From positions 1 through 33,565 of the forward strand of contig CAZRKV010000001.1 of NCBI GenBank assembly GCA_964600305.1: 33,565 nt of DNA. The letters are read 5' to 3'. The translations under genes and the position numbers were made by a program. Positions 8,773 through 19,928 of this stretch are shown in pieces (the first letter of the stretch is position 1; every line of letters starts with the position of its first letter). The notes beneath the pieces are model-generated. The model was not told where the DNA came from. It saw nothing but the letters and a program-made list of their open reading frames with translations, and searched no databases. The stretch is from an uncultured Nocardioides sp. (GTDB lineage: Bacteria; Actinomycetota; Actinomycetes; Propionibacteriales; Nocardioidaceae).

Positions 8773-9642
8773 GTGCCCATCGATCCGTCCCTCGCCGTCG
8801 GCGCCCGGCTCCCCGACCGGACCTTCACCTGGACCTCCTCCGACGTCCTGCTCTACCACCTCGGGATCGGGGCCGGCGCCCGCCCGGGCGACCAGACCGA
8901 CCCCACCGCCCTGCGCTACACCCACGACGACGAACACCTCCAGGTGCTCCCGTCGTTCGGCGTCGTGGCCCCCACGTTCCACGAGACGGACCCACCGGCC
9001 CTGGACATCCCCGGGTGCGACATCGACCTGCAGCAGGTGCTGCACGGATCCCAGGAGATCCGGGCGCACCGCCCCCTGCCCACGTCCGGCACCGCCACCC
9101 TGCACCCGCGCGTGGCCGAGGTCTGGGACAAGGGCAAGGCCGCAGTCATCGTCCAGGAGGGCGAGGCCGTCGACGAGTCCGGGGAGGCCCTGTGGACGGT
9201 CCGATCGGCCATCTTCGCCCGCGGCGAGGGTGGCTTCGGGGGAGAGCGGGGCCCCTCGACGTCCGTGGCGTTGCCCGACCGCGCGCCCGACGCCGGTACG
9301 ACGTACGACGTGGCGCCGCAGCAGGCGCTCCTGTACCGCTTGTGCGGCGACCGCAACCCGTTGCACGCGGACCCCGGTTTCGCCCGGGAGGCCGGCTTCC
9401 CCGCCCCGATCCTGCACGGCCTGTGCACCTACGGGATCGTCCTCCGCGAGGTGACCGACCTGTTGCTGGAGGGTGACGCCACGCGCGTCGGCGCCTTCTC
9501 GGCGCGCTTCGCGGGCGTGGTCTTCCCCGGCGAGACCATCCACGTCGACACCTGGGACGACGGGGACCGGGTCCTGGTCGGTGCCACGGTCGGCGACGAC
9601 CGGAGGCCGGCCCTCGCCGACTGCGTGCTCACCCGGGCCTGA
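8773..9642 (+). CDS. hsd4B: MaoC-type double hotdog enoyl-CoA hydratase (Rv3538-like)
   Basis: YRLCGDRNPLHADP hydratase-2 motif, PILHGLCTYG, RGEGGFGG; AAGGA RBS before GTG 8773; follows kstD. Confidence 0.88.
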   Translation: MPIDPSLAVGARLPDRTFTWTSSDVLLYHLGIGAGARPGDQTDPTALRYTHDDEHLQVLPSFGVVAPTFHETDPPALDIPGCDIDLQQVLHGSQEIRAHRPLPTSGTATLHPRVAEVWDKGKAAVIVQEGEAVDESGEALWTVRSAIFARGEGGFGGERGPSTSVALPDRAPDAGTTYDVAPQQALLYRLCGDRNPLHADPGFAREAGFPAPILHGLCTYGIVLREVTDLLLEGDATRVGAFSARFAGVVFPGETIHVDTWDDGDRVLVGATVGDDRRPALADCVLTRA

Positions 9643-11023
9643 CGGCCTCGAGCATCCGCGCCAGCTCCTCGGGGAAGCCAGCGGCCAGGTCGTCGAGGTC
9701 GGGCAGGAGGTCCCGGCACGCGATCAGGCCCACGTGGACCCGGCCCGCGTTCGAGAGCACCGTGATGTTCAGTCCGGCGCCATGCATGATCGGCCCGAGG
9801 GGGTAGAGCCCCTCGATCCGCGCCCCGGCGAAGTACAGGGGGAACGGCGGCCCCGGGACGTTTGACAGCACCAGGTTGTGGACCACGGGGTGCCGCTCCG
9901 CCAGCCGCAGCCCGGCGTAGGCGCGCACGGCCAGCCCGAAGGTCCGCGGAGCGGCGAACTCCGCCCAGTCCTGGAGGGCGTCGGCGCTGATCGCCTGCTG
10001 GTGCTCCTTGGCGTGGCGGTTGGTGGTGGCCAGTCGTTCCAGCCGTTCGATCGGGTCGGCGACGTCGGACTCGAGCCGGGCGAACAGCGCCGAGACCTTG
10101 TTGGCACCCGCCTCCCGCCGGCTCGTGTCGCGCACCGACACGGGGACGACGGCCAGCAACGAGGCGTCCGGCAGCGCATCCCGTGCCTGCAGGTACCGGC
10201 GCAGCGCCCCGCCCGCCAGCCCGAGGACGACGTCGTTCACGGTGGCACCGGTCGCCGCCTTGACCTCCTTGACCTCCGCCAGGTCCAGGTCCGCGACGGA
10301 CACCACGCGGCGACCGGTGATGGTGGCGTTGAACGGCGTCCGGGGAGCCGTGAGGGGCGCGGCCATCGCCGTACCTCGTCGCGCACGTTCGATGGTGCGG
10401 GTGATCAGCTGGGTCGAGGGGCTCACCAGCCGCAGCGCCCCCAGGGGCCGGGCGAGGTTCTTGCCCACGGCGCGCACGGCGAGCTCGGCGGCCCCGGGGT
10501 CCCGCCCCACCGCTCCGGTGTCCTCGGTGCGCAGCGGTTCGCCACCGGGCTCCAGGCTGCACAGGTGGGACAGCAGGCTGGCGCCGGAGAGGCCGTCGAC
10601 GGTCGCGTGGTGCATCTTGGCGAAGATCGCCACCTTGCCCTCGTCGTACCCCTCGATGACGAACATCTCCCAGAGCGGCCGGCTCCGGTCCAGCTGCTGC
10701 CCCGCCAGGTGGCCGCACAGCTCCATCAGCTCCTCTCGCCCGCCCGGCTGCGGGAGTCCGAGTCGGTGCACGTGGTGCTCGATGTCGAAGTGCTGGTCCG
10801 GCACCCAGATCGGGTGGTCGAGGCCCAGGGGCACCTGGCGCAGCTTGCGGGTGAAGTGGGGTACCCCCTCGATCCGGCGGTCGATCTCCGCGCGCAGGGC
10901 CGGGAACGAGTACCCGTCGGGCATGGTCGACGGATCGACCACCACCAGCGCGCACACGTGCAGCAGCTGCTCCGGGGTCTCGAGGTACAAGAAGCTGGCG
11001 TCGAGCCCGGTGAGCTGCTGCAT
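9629..11023 (-). CDS. Wax ester synthase/diacylglycerol acyltransferase (WS/DGAT)
   Basis: LTGLDASFLYLET, LDRSRPLWE, HHATVDG catalytic motif, TVNDVVL, SNVPGP; ATG 11023 is 6 nt after a TACCAT -10 box. Confidence 0.93.
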   Translation of the reverse strand: MQQLTGLDASFLYLETPEQLLHVCALVVVDPSTMPDGYSFPALRAEIDRRIEGVPHFTRKLRQVPLGLDHPIWVPDQHFDIEHHVHRLGLPQPGGREELMELCGHLAGQQLDRSRPLWEMFVIEGYDEGKVAIFAKMHHATVDGLSGASLLSHLCSLEPGGEPLRTEDTGAVGRDPGAAELAVRAVGKNLARPLGALRLVSPSTQLITRTIERARRGTAMAAPLTAPRTPFNATITGRRVVSVADLDLAEVKEVKAATGATVNDVVLGLAGGALRRYLQARDALPDASLLAVVPVSVRDTSRREAGANKVSALFARLESDVADPIERLERLATTNRHAKEHQQAISADALQDWAEFAAPRTFGLAVRAYAGLRLAERHPVVHNLVLSNVPGPPFPLYFAGARIEGLYPLGPIMHGAGLNITVLSNAGRVHVGLIACRDLLPDLDDLAAGFPEELARMLEAVRPG

Positions 11024-11043
11024 GGGCAGATGGTAGGCCCCGG

Positions 11044-11061
11044 ACGAGAACCTGTTCTCGT
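11044..11061. promoter_or_regulatory. Variant KstR-like operator between WS/DGAT and lipase
   Basis: Inverted repeat ACGAGAAC-CT-GTTCTCGT; the AAC-N2-GTT core is intact but the outer T/A are replaced by G/C. Confidence 0.65.
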
Positions 11062-11093
11062 TGTCGTGGTGCGTGTCACCTACATTGGCTCCC

Positions 11094-12392
11094 GTGGGTT
11101 TCCTTCGTCGACAGATCATCACCGCCGCTCTCACCGCCAACGCCCTGCGCCCCGCGCGTGGGTTCCGGGCCGGGATCCCGTCGTTCTTCGCCGGGTGGCT
11201 CACCGGGGAGCTCGCCCCCCACGTGCTCACGGTGACCGCCGCCGACGCCGCCCTGCACCTGCCCCGGGCCCGGGAGCACCGGTGGGGGCTGGCCCTGGCC
11301 GCGCTCAGCTCGGCCGGACTGGTCCGGATGCTGTGGCAGAGCCAGCAGGTCCGGGACGATGTCGAGCGCGCCCTGGCCGAGGGACTCGGGACGGACTACG
11401 CCGAGCGGCTCGACCGCCTGCCCACGCCGGCCGACCTCGCGACCCCGTGGCGCCGGTTGGTCAACCCTTTCCGGATGCGTGACGAGCGGGTCCGCGTGGT
11501 CCGCAACCTCAGCTACGCCCCGCACGGCAAGCGCGGTCACCTCGACGTCTACCTGCCCGCCGACCGCCGGCCCGAGCAGGCGCCGGTCCTGCTGCAGGTG
11601 CACGGCGGCGCCTGGACCCTGGGCAGCAAGGACGAGCAGGGCATCCCCCTGCTGCAGCACATGGCCGCGAAGGGCTGGATCGGCGTCTCGATCAACTACC
11701 GGCTCGCTCCGCGCGACCCGTTCCCGGCGCAGGTGGTGGACGTCAAGCGGGCGATCGCGTGGATCCGCGAGCACGTCGCCGAGTTCGGCGGGGACCCGGA
11801 CTACATCGCCATCACCGGCGGGTCGGCCGGGGGCCACCTGGCCGCCCTGGCGGCCGTCACGCCGAACGACCCGGCGTACCAACCCGGCTTCGAGGACGTC
11901 GACACCACGGTGCAGGCCGCCGTACCCCACTACGGCGTCTACGACATCGCCGCGTCCACCGGGCTGCGCTCGGCCGAGCTGATGCGTGACCGGTTCTTCG
12001 CCCCGCGGGTGGTCGGGCGCCCCTGGAGCGAGGCACCGGAGGTCTACGAGGCGGGCTCACCGATCCTGCGCGTCACCGAGGACGCCCCCGACTTCTTCGT
12101 GATCCACGGCAGCCACGACACCCTGGTCTCGGTGGAGCAGGCCCGCCTCTTCGTCCAGCGGCTCCGGGAGGTGTCCGACCACACGGTCGTCTACTCCGAG
12201 CTGCCGGGTGCCCAGCACGCGTTCGACGTCTTCCCCTCGATCCGCAGTGCCCACGTGGTGCGCGGGATCGAGCGCTACCTGCAGTGGCACTGGAACAGCC
12301 ACCGGGCCGGGATGCCCATCGCCTCCGAGGCGACGCCGGCCACCCCCGGGAAGGCGCGTGCCGACCGGGCCGAGCACGCCCCGGGAGCCTAG
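11094..12392 (+). CDS. HSL-family alpha/beta hydrolase (lipase/esterase, LipO/LipM-like) with hydrophobic N-terminus
   Basis: HGGAW oxyanion motif, GGSAGG nucleophile, HGSHD, AQHAFD; GTG 11094 is 7 nt after a TACATT -10 box. Confidence 0.88.
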   Translation: MGFLRRQIITAALTANALRPARGFRAGIPSFFAGWLTGELAPHVLTVTAADAALHLPRAREHRWGLALAALSSAGLVRMLWQSQQVRDDVERALAEGLGTDYAERLDRLPTPADLATPWRRLVNPFRMRDERVRVVRNLSYAPHGKRGHLDVYLPADRRPEQAPVLLQVHGGAWTLGSKDEQGIPLLQHMAAKGWIGVSINYRLAPRDPFPAQVVDVKRAIAWIREHVAEFGGDPDYIAITGGSAGGHLAALAAVTPNDPAYQPGFEDVDTTVQAAVPHYGVYDIAASTGLRSAELMRDRFFAPRVVGRPWSEAPEVYEAGSPILRVTEDAPDFFVIHGSHDTLVSVEQARLFVQRLREVSDHTVVYSELPGAQHAFDVFPSIRSAHVVRGIERYLQWHWNSHRAGMPIASEATPATPGKARADRAEHAPGA

Positions 12393-14536
12393 CGGGGCAG
12401 GCCGAGCACCCGCTCCGCCGCGACGTTGCGCAGGATCTGGGTGGTCCCGCCGGCGATCGACAGGCACCGGGTCAGGAGCATCTCGTGCACGGCGGCGCGG
12501 GCTCGCTCGTCGCCGGTGAACACCCGGTCCCCCAGCATCTCCACGACCAGCTCCGAGGCCTCCTGGCGGTTCCGCACGCCCAGCAGCTTGGCGACGCTGG
12601 ACTCCGCGCCCGGCCCCTTGCCCGCCAACGAGCGCAGCGTGGTGCGCACCCCCAGCAGTGACCCCACGGTCGCCAGCGCAACCTGGTGTCCGACGGCGAC
12701 CCGGGTCGCGTCCTCGGCCGGGACCTCCTGCAGCAGCCCCACGGCCTCCTCGGTGCTCCCGCCCAGCCTGCTGCCGGCCATCGCCACCCGCTCGTTGGCC
12801 AGGGTGGTCCGCGCGAGCGGCCACCCTCCCCCGACCTCGCCCACCACGCACGCGTCGGGCACGAAGACCCCGTCGAGGAAGACCTCGTTGAAGAGCTCGT
12901 CACCGGTCATCTCGCGCAGGGGGCGGACCGTGATCCCCTCGGCACGCATGTCCACGAGGAAGTAGGTGATCCCCCGGTGGCGCGGCGCCTCCGGGTCGGT
13001 CCGTGCCAGGCAGATCGCCCAGTCGGCCTCCCGGGCCAGCGAGGTCCACACCTTCTGCCCCGTGAGCCGCCATCCGCCGGGTCGGCCCTCCTCGGGGTCC
13101 ACGCGATCGGCCCGCGTGCGCAGCGACGCCAGGTCGGAACCGGCGCCCGGTTCGCTGAACAGCTGGCACCACACCACCTCGCCGAGCAGGGTCGGACGGA
13201 CGAACCGCTCCTGCTGCCCGGGGGTGCCGTGGGCGAGGATGGTGGGGACGGCCCAGCCGCCGATCCCGAGGTCGGGCCGGACGACCCCGGCCACCGCGAG
13301 CTCCTCGTCGATCACCAGCTGCTCGACGGGGCCTGCGCCTCGCCCGTACGGCTCGGGCCAGTGCGGCGCCAGGTACCCGGCATCGACCAGGGCCACCCGC
13401 TGCCGGTCGGGGGGCAGGGCCGCGATCGAGGTGACCCGGTCCCGCACGCCCGGGCGCAGCGTGTCGTCGCGACCCTCGAGGTCGACCTCGAGGCGACGCC
13501 GCCGACCGGCCACCGCCAGGTCCGCCACCTCGGCCGCGTGCGTCGCGCCGGACCCCAGGAGGCTGCGCAGGGCCGTGGCGCGACGCAGGTAGAGGTGGGC
13601 ATCATGCTCGAAGGTGAACCCGATCCCGCCCAGGACCTGGATGCAGTCCTGGGCCACCCGGACCGCGCCGTCCAGGGCCACCGTGCCCGCGACCTCGGCC
13701 GCGAAGTGCCACTGAGCCGGGTCCCGCTCCGCCGCGGAGGCTGCGTCCCAGGCGACCGCCGTGATCGCCTCGGCGTGCTCCAGCATCTGCGCGCACAGGT
13801 GCTTGACCGCCTGGAAGCTCCCGATCCGGGCGCCGAACTGCTCGCGCACACCGGCGTGCTCCACGGCCGTGGCCAGGCACCACCGGGCCACCCCGGACGC
13901 CTCGGCGGCCGCGACGGTGACCAGGGCGTCACGCACTCGTCGACCGTCGAGCCCGACGACCTCCGTGGCCCGGTCCGCCCGGATGTCCACCGCCACCTCG
14001 GCCGTACGCCGGGTCAGGTCGACCGACGCGTGCGGGGAGACAAGGGCCTCCTCCGCCCCGACGAGGAACCAGCGATCGCGGCCCGTGGCGTCGGTCGCAC
14101 CGAGCAGCAACACCTCGGCCCCGGGTCCGTCCAGCACGACCGGGACCCGACCGGCCAACCCGGCGGCGGTGACCGAGAGGTCCGGCACGGCGCCCAGCCC
14201 GAGCGGGCGGCCTGCGGCCAGCACCTCGGCGACCTCGGGATGGGTCCGCCCCAGCACGGAGCCCGCGGCGCCCCCGAGCAGTCGGCCCGGGACCAGCTGC
14301 CGGGCAGCGGCCTCGAGCGCCACCGCCAGGTCGAGCACCGTGCCACCGCCGCCGTCGGGCCCGGGGAGCGCGATGCTGGTCAGGCCCATCTCCCGCACCG
14401 ATGACCACGCCGTGTCGAACCGGGCCCCGGGGTCGCCCTCCGCGGCGCGCGCCGCCTCGCAGCCCACCAGGGACGCGGCCCACTTCTCCATGGTGGTGGC
14501 GAGCTCGACGTGCTCATCGGTGATGCCGATGGTCAT
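12389..14536 (-). CDS. fadE34: Two-domain acyl-CoA dehydrogenase (FadE34/ChsE3-like)
   Basis: 715 aa with two ACAD halves (REQFGARIGSFQAVKH, GGIGFTFEH; WCQLFSEPGAGSDLA, GQKVWTS, FNEVF, SIAGGTTQILRN); GGAGG RBS. Confidence 0.88.
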   Translation of the reverse strand: MTIGITDEHVELATTMEKWAASLVGCEAARAAEGDPGARFDTAWSSVREMGLTSIALPGPDGGGGTVLDLAVALEAAARQLVPGRLLGGAAGSVLGRTHPEVAEVLAAGRPLGLGAVPDLSVTAAGLAGRVPVVLDGPGAEVLLLGATDATGRDRWFLVGAEEALVSPHASVDLTRRTAEVAVDIRADRATEVVGLDGRRVRDALVTVAAAEASGVARWCLATAVEHAGVREQFGARIGSFQAVKHLCAQMLEHAEAITAVAWDAASAAERDPAQWHFAAEVAGTVALDGAVRVAQDCIQVLGGIGFTFEHDAHLYLRRATALRSLLGSGATHAAEVADLAVAGRRRRLEVDLEGRDDTLRPGVRDRVTSIAALPPDRQRVALVDAGYLAPHWPEPYGRGAGPVEQLVIDEELAVAGVVRPDLGIGGWAVPTILAHGTPGQQERFVRPTLLGEVVWCQLFSEPGAGSDLASLRTRADRVDPEEGRPGGWRLTGQKVWTSLAREADWAICLARTDPEAPRHRGITYFLVDMRAEGITVRPLREMTGDELFNEVFLDGVFVPDACVVGEVGGGWPLARTTLANERVAMAGSRLGGSTEEAVGLLQEVPAEDATRVAVGHQVALATVGSLLGVRTTLRSLAGKGPGAESSVAKLLGVRNRQEASELVVEMLGDRVFTGDERARAAVHEMLLTRCLSIAGGTTQILRNVAAERVLGLPR

Positions 14537-14564
14537 GGGTCCTCCAACACGGGCACCAAGGAAC

Positions 14565-14578
14565 TAGAACGTGTTTCA
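14565..14578. promoter_or_regulatory. KstR operator (fadE34/meT1 divergent region)
   Basis: TAGAACGTGTTTCA, a full consensus match. Confidence 0.9.
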
Positions 14579-14633
14579 CACCCTAGTCGATGTCGCCGGC
14601 CCGTCCCGGAGGGCGTTCCATCCGCCGGTCTAG

Positions 14634-16353
<1,720 letters not shown>

Positions 16354-16361
<8 letters not shown>

Positions 16362-17073
16362 GGTCGGGCTTCCGGAGGTAGCAGACCAGGCTCTTGCCGA
16401 CCAGCGGGTCGAGGATGCGGCCGGCCAGGCGCAGGGCCCGGGGCTGTTCCATGATCTCCCACACCAGCAACCGGTGGTAGGCCCGCGCGAGGGGGTGGTC
16501 GTCGTTGTCGACCCCGACGGCGCACTTGATCCACCAGTACGGCGCGTGCAGCCCGTGCGTGTGGTCAGTGCCCTCGACCTCCAGGCCGGCCGAGGTGAGC
16601 TTGCTGGTCAGCTCCTTGTCGGTGTAGATCCGGATGTGGCCGCCCGGGGTGTCGTGGTAGGCCTCGGACAGCTTCCAGCAGATCACCTCCGGCAGCCACC
16701 GCGGGACCGACACCGCGAGCGTGCCCCCCGGGCGGAGCACCCGGGCCAGCTCCTGGATCGCCTGGATGTCGGCCGGGATGTGCTCGAGCACCTCGGCCGC
16801 GACGATCCGGTCGAACTCCCCGTCCGCGAACGGCAGGGCCAGGGCATCGCCCTGCTTGATGTCGGCCTCTGCGCCCGCCGGCACCTCCCCGCGCTCCTTC
16901 ATCGCCCCGAAGACCTCGAGCACCCCGGCGAGCTCGTCGGCGTCCTGGTCGAACGCGACCACGTCGGCGCCGCGCCGGTACATCTCGTAGGCGTGTCGAC
17001 CGGCCCCGCACCCCATGTCGAGCACCCGCTCGCCGGGGCGCAGCCCGAACCGGTCGAAGTCAACGGTCAGCAT
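16354..17073 (-). CDS. Class I SAM-dependent methyltransferase (type 11), candidate mannose 3-O-methyltransferase
   Basis: VLDMGCGAGRH, GDALALPFADGEFD, EVLEHI, RVLRPGG; overlaps both neighbouring genes. Confidence 0.8.
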
Positions 17074-18301
17074 GCTTCTTCTCCTCGATGGCTTCGGTGT
17101 AGGCCGCAGCCGTCGCCTCGGCGACGGCCCGCCAGCTGAAGTGCTCCAGCACCCGTTCGCGGCCCGCCCGGCCCATCCGGTCCCTCCGGTCCGGGTCGTC
17201 CAGGAGGGCGGCCAGGGCCTGCTCGAGCTCGCCCACGTCTCCGGGGGTGACCAGGTCCGCGCACCGGCCGTCCGGGCCGACCACCTCGGGGATGGCTCCG
17301 GCGCGGGAGACGACCAGGGGGGTGGCGCAGGCCATCAGCTCCGCGGTCGGGAGGGAGAAGCCCTCGTACAGGGACGGCACGCAGGCCACCTCCGCCGACC
17401 CCATCACGTCGACCAGCTCGGCGTCGCTGATGCCGTGCACGAAGGAGACGTGGTCCTGGACGCCGAGGCTGTCCACGAGCTGCTCGGTGCGTCCCCCCGG
17501 CACCGGTCGGCTCACGAGGACGAGGGAGACGTCGCGCTCGGTGCGGAGCTTGGCGAAGGCCTCCAGCAGGGTGGCGATGCCCTTCATCGGCGCGTCGGCG
17601 CTGGCCATCGCCACGATGCGTCCCGGCACCCGGGGCCGCGCCGGAGGCCGGAACCCCTCGTCGACCCCGAGGGGGATCACCCGGATCCGGTCGCGGTCGA
17701 CGCGGAAGTCGGTCGCGATGTCACGGGCGCTCGACTCCGAGACGGTGATGACCCGGCGCAGCTGGCGGGCCACCCGGCCCTGCATCCGCAGGAAACCGTA
17801 CCAACGGCGCAGGGTCAGCTTCTTGCGCCAGGAGGTCGTGGCGGCCAGGTCGATGCGCCGGTCGAAGGTGATGGGGTGGTGGATGCTGGTGACCAGCGGG
17901 AACCCCCGACGCTCCAGCTCGAGGATCCCGTCCCCCAGGACCTGGTTGTCGTGGATGACGTCGAAGTCCGCGAGGCGGTCGCGCAGCTCGCGCAGCACCC
18001 GCCGGCTGAAGGTGCGCGGCTCGGGGAACCCGGCCGTGCACATCGTGAGGAACTCCTCCACGTCCACCAGGTCGCGGAACTCCGAGGGCCGGGGGACCCG
18101 GAACGGATCCGGCTCGCGGTACAGGTCCAGGCCCGGCACCGCGGTGAGGCCGACCCCCTCGTCCAGCTCGGGGTAGGGCTGGCCGGAGAACACCTCCACC
18201 TCGTGGCCCAGGGCCGCCAGCTCCCGGCTCAGGTGTCGGACGTAGACCCCCTGTCCACCACAGTGCGGCTTGCTGCGATAGGACAGCAGTGCCACGCGCA
18301 T
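17060..18301 (-). CDS. GT4 glycosyltransferase, ManT-like alpha-1,4-mannosyltransferase candidate
   Basis: MRVALLSYRSKPHCGGQGVY, HDNQ, KG, SLYEGFSLPTAE (E-X7-E), FSW; GGGAGGG RBS before ATG 18301. Confidence 0.85.
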   Translation of the reverse strand: MRVALLSYRSKPHCGGQGVYVRHLSRELAALGHEVEVFSGQPYPELDEGVGLTAVPGLDLYREPDPFRVPRPSEFRDLVDVEEFLTMCTAGFPEPRTFSRRVLRELRDRLADFDVIHDNQVLGDGILELERRGFPLVTSIHHPITFDRRIDLAATTSWRKKLTLRRWYGFLRMQGRVARQLRRVITVSESSARDIATDFRVDRDRIRVIPLGVDEGFRPPARPRVPGRIVAMASADAPMKGIATLLEAFAKLRTERDVSLVLVSRPVPGGRTEQLVDSLGVQDHVSFVHGISDAELVDVMGSAEVACVPSLYEGFSLPTAELMACATPLVVSRAGAIPEVVGPDGRCADLVTPGDVGELEQALAALLDDPDRRDRMGRAGRERVLEHFSWRAVAEATAAAYTEAIEEKKHADR

Positions 18302-18366
18302 CCGCGGACCCTCCCTGTGCGTCGAAGTCGTGCCGCGGAGCGCAGACACGCCGTACCCGGGCAAAG

Positions 18367-18380
18367 TGGAACGTGTTCCT
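18367..18380. promoter_or_regulatory. KstR operator (GT4/kstR divergent region)
   Basis: TGGAACGTGTTCCT, one mismatch. It abuts overlapping -10-like hexamers TATTAT (+, 18380-18385) and CATAAT (-, 18381-18386). Confidence 0.8.
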
Positions 18381-18498
18381 ATTATGTACGAGTGGTTGCT
18401 AGCCTATGCAAGCAGGTCGACGCACATGCTCGGGGGCCGTCCTCCACGCCGGCCACACCGCGGTCACGCCGCGGCCAGGAGAGAGCAGCAGGAGGAAC

Positions 18499-19110
18499 GT
18501 GAGCACCGCGAACCCAGTGACGAGTCCACAGCCGGGCGGCTCGGCCGCCCAGCAGGAGCGGCGGCGGCGCATCCTCGATGCCACCCTCGCGCTCGCTTCC
18601 GGCGGGGGGTACGACGCCGTCCAGATGCGCGAGGTGGCCGAGCGGGCCGACGTCGCCCTGGGGACGCTGTACCGCTACTTCCCCTCCAAGGTGCACCTGC
18701 TGGTGTCCGTCCTGGCCCGGGAGTTCGCGCGCTCCGAGGTGCAGCTGCGGGACAAGCCGGTCCCCGGTGACACCCCGGCCGAGCGGGTCATCGCGGTGCT
18801 CAAGCGGCTCTCCCGGGGCCTGCAGGCCGATCCCCAGGTGACCGAGGCACTCACGAGGGCGTTCATGTTCGCCGACGCGTCGGTGCGCGAGGAGATCCAC
18901 CAGGTCGGCATGCTGCTCACCACCATGCTCACGCGGGTGATCCGTCCGGGCGCGGTCGAACCGACCGAGGCCGACGTGGCGGTGGCGAAGGTGATCGGTG
19001 ACGTGTGGCTCTCGGCCCTCGTCGCCTGGGTCACGGGTCGGGCCACCGCCGAGGAGACCGCCGAGCAGATGGAGGTCGCGGTCCACCTGCTGCTCCGCGA
19101 CGGGGACTGA
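18499..19110 (+). CDS. kstR: TetR-family repressor KstR
   Basis: GSAAQQERRRRILDAT..GGYDAVQMREVAERADVALGTLYRYFPSKVHLLVS, TEALTRAFMFADAS, VIGDVWLSAL closely follow mycobacterial KstR; GGAGG RBS before GTG 18499. Confidence 0.9.
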   Translation: MSTANPVTSPQPGGSAAQQERRRRILDATLALASGGGYDAVQMREVAERADVALGTLYRYFPSKVHLLVSVLAREFARSEVQLRDKPVPGDTPAERVIAVLKRLSRGLQADPQVTEALTRAFMFADASVREEIHQVGMLLTTMLTRVIRPGAVEPTEADVAVAKVIGDVWLSALVAWVTGRATAEETAEQMEVAVHLLLRDGD

Positions 19111-19127
19111 CCCCGCCGCGAGCGGGG
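19111..19127. terminator. Possible hairpin between convergent kstR and SDR
   Basis: CCCCGC-cgcga-GCGGGG, 6-bp stem with no U-tract. Confidence 0.3.
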
Positions 19128-19138
19128 CCGCGCCGCGG

Positions 19139-19894
19139 TCAGCCGCCGAAGGAGTGCGTGGCCGTGGCGCCACCGTCCACCGCGATCTCGGCCCCGGTGA
19201 TGTAGCAGCTCTCGTCGCTGGCCAGGAAGACGTACGTCGGCGCGACGTCCTCGGGGACCCCGACCCGCTTCATCGGCACCTTGCTCGCCCCGAACTCCAT
19301 CGCCAGGTCCCCCCCGTGGGCGCGGGTCATCGGGGTGTCGATCATGCCGGGGTGGACCGAGTTGACCCGGACGCCCGCGGCCCCGAGCTCGTGCGCCGCG
19401 GCCTTGGTCATCCCGCGGATCGCCCACTTGCTGCCGCAGTAGGCGACCACCGATCCCATGCCACCCAGCCCCTCCACGGAGGAGGCGTTGATGATCGATC
19501 CGGCCCGGCGCTCCTTCATGCCCGGGATCACCGCGCGCATCCCGAGGAAGCATCCCCACTGGTTCACCCGGAAGACTTGCTCCACGTCGGCCAGGTCGAT
19601 GGTGTCGACCTCACCGAAGCGCAGCAGCCCCGCGTTGTTCACCAGCACGTCCACGGGCCCGAGGCGCTCGGTCACCTCCCCCACCAGGGCGGACCAGGAC
19701 GCCTCGTCGCCCACGTCGTGGCGGCGGAACCAGGCCGCCTCCCCGAGCTCGGCGACGAGCTTCTCCCCCGCCTCCTCGGCGATGTCGGCGACGACCACGC
19801 GGGCCCCCTCCGAGACGAAGGCGCGGGCGATCGCCGCCCCCTGACCCTGGCTCCCGCCGGTGACGATGGCGGTCTTGTCGGCCAACCGGCCCAT
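19139..19894 (-). CDS. SDR oxidoreductase, 3-alpha(20-beta)-hydroxysteroid dehydrogenase-like
   Basis: TGGSQGQG, NNAG, YCGSK, RVNSVHPGMIDTPM, ITGAEIAVDGG; GGAAGG RBS before ATG 19894. Confidence 0.8.
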   Translation of the reverse strand: MGRLADKTAIVTGGSQGQGAAIARAFVSEGARVVVADIAEEAGEKLVAELGEAAWFRRHDVGDEASWSALVGEVTERLGPVDVLVNNAGLLRFGEVDTIDLADVEQVFRVNQWGCFLGMRAVIPGMKERRAGSIINASSVEGLGGMGSVVAYCGSKWAIRGMTKAAAHELGAAGVRVNSVHPGMIDTPMTRAHGGDLAMEFGASKVPMKRVGVPEDVAPTYVFLASDESCYITGAEIAVDGGATATHSFGG

Positions 19895-19928
19895 GTGTGC
19901 TTCCTTCCGGTGCGTGACGCGCGTGCGT

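Noticed and set aside
8020-9642. 540-aa ORF extending hsd4B into kstD
   Set aside because: The upstream part is an off-frame reading of kstD; the real start is GTG 8773 with an RBS.
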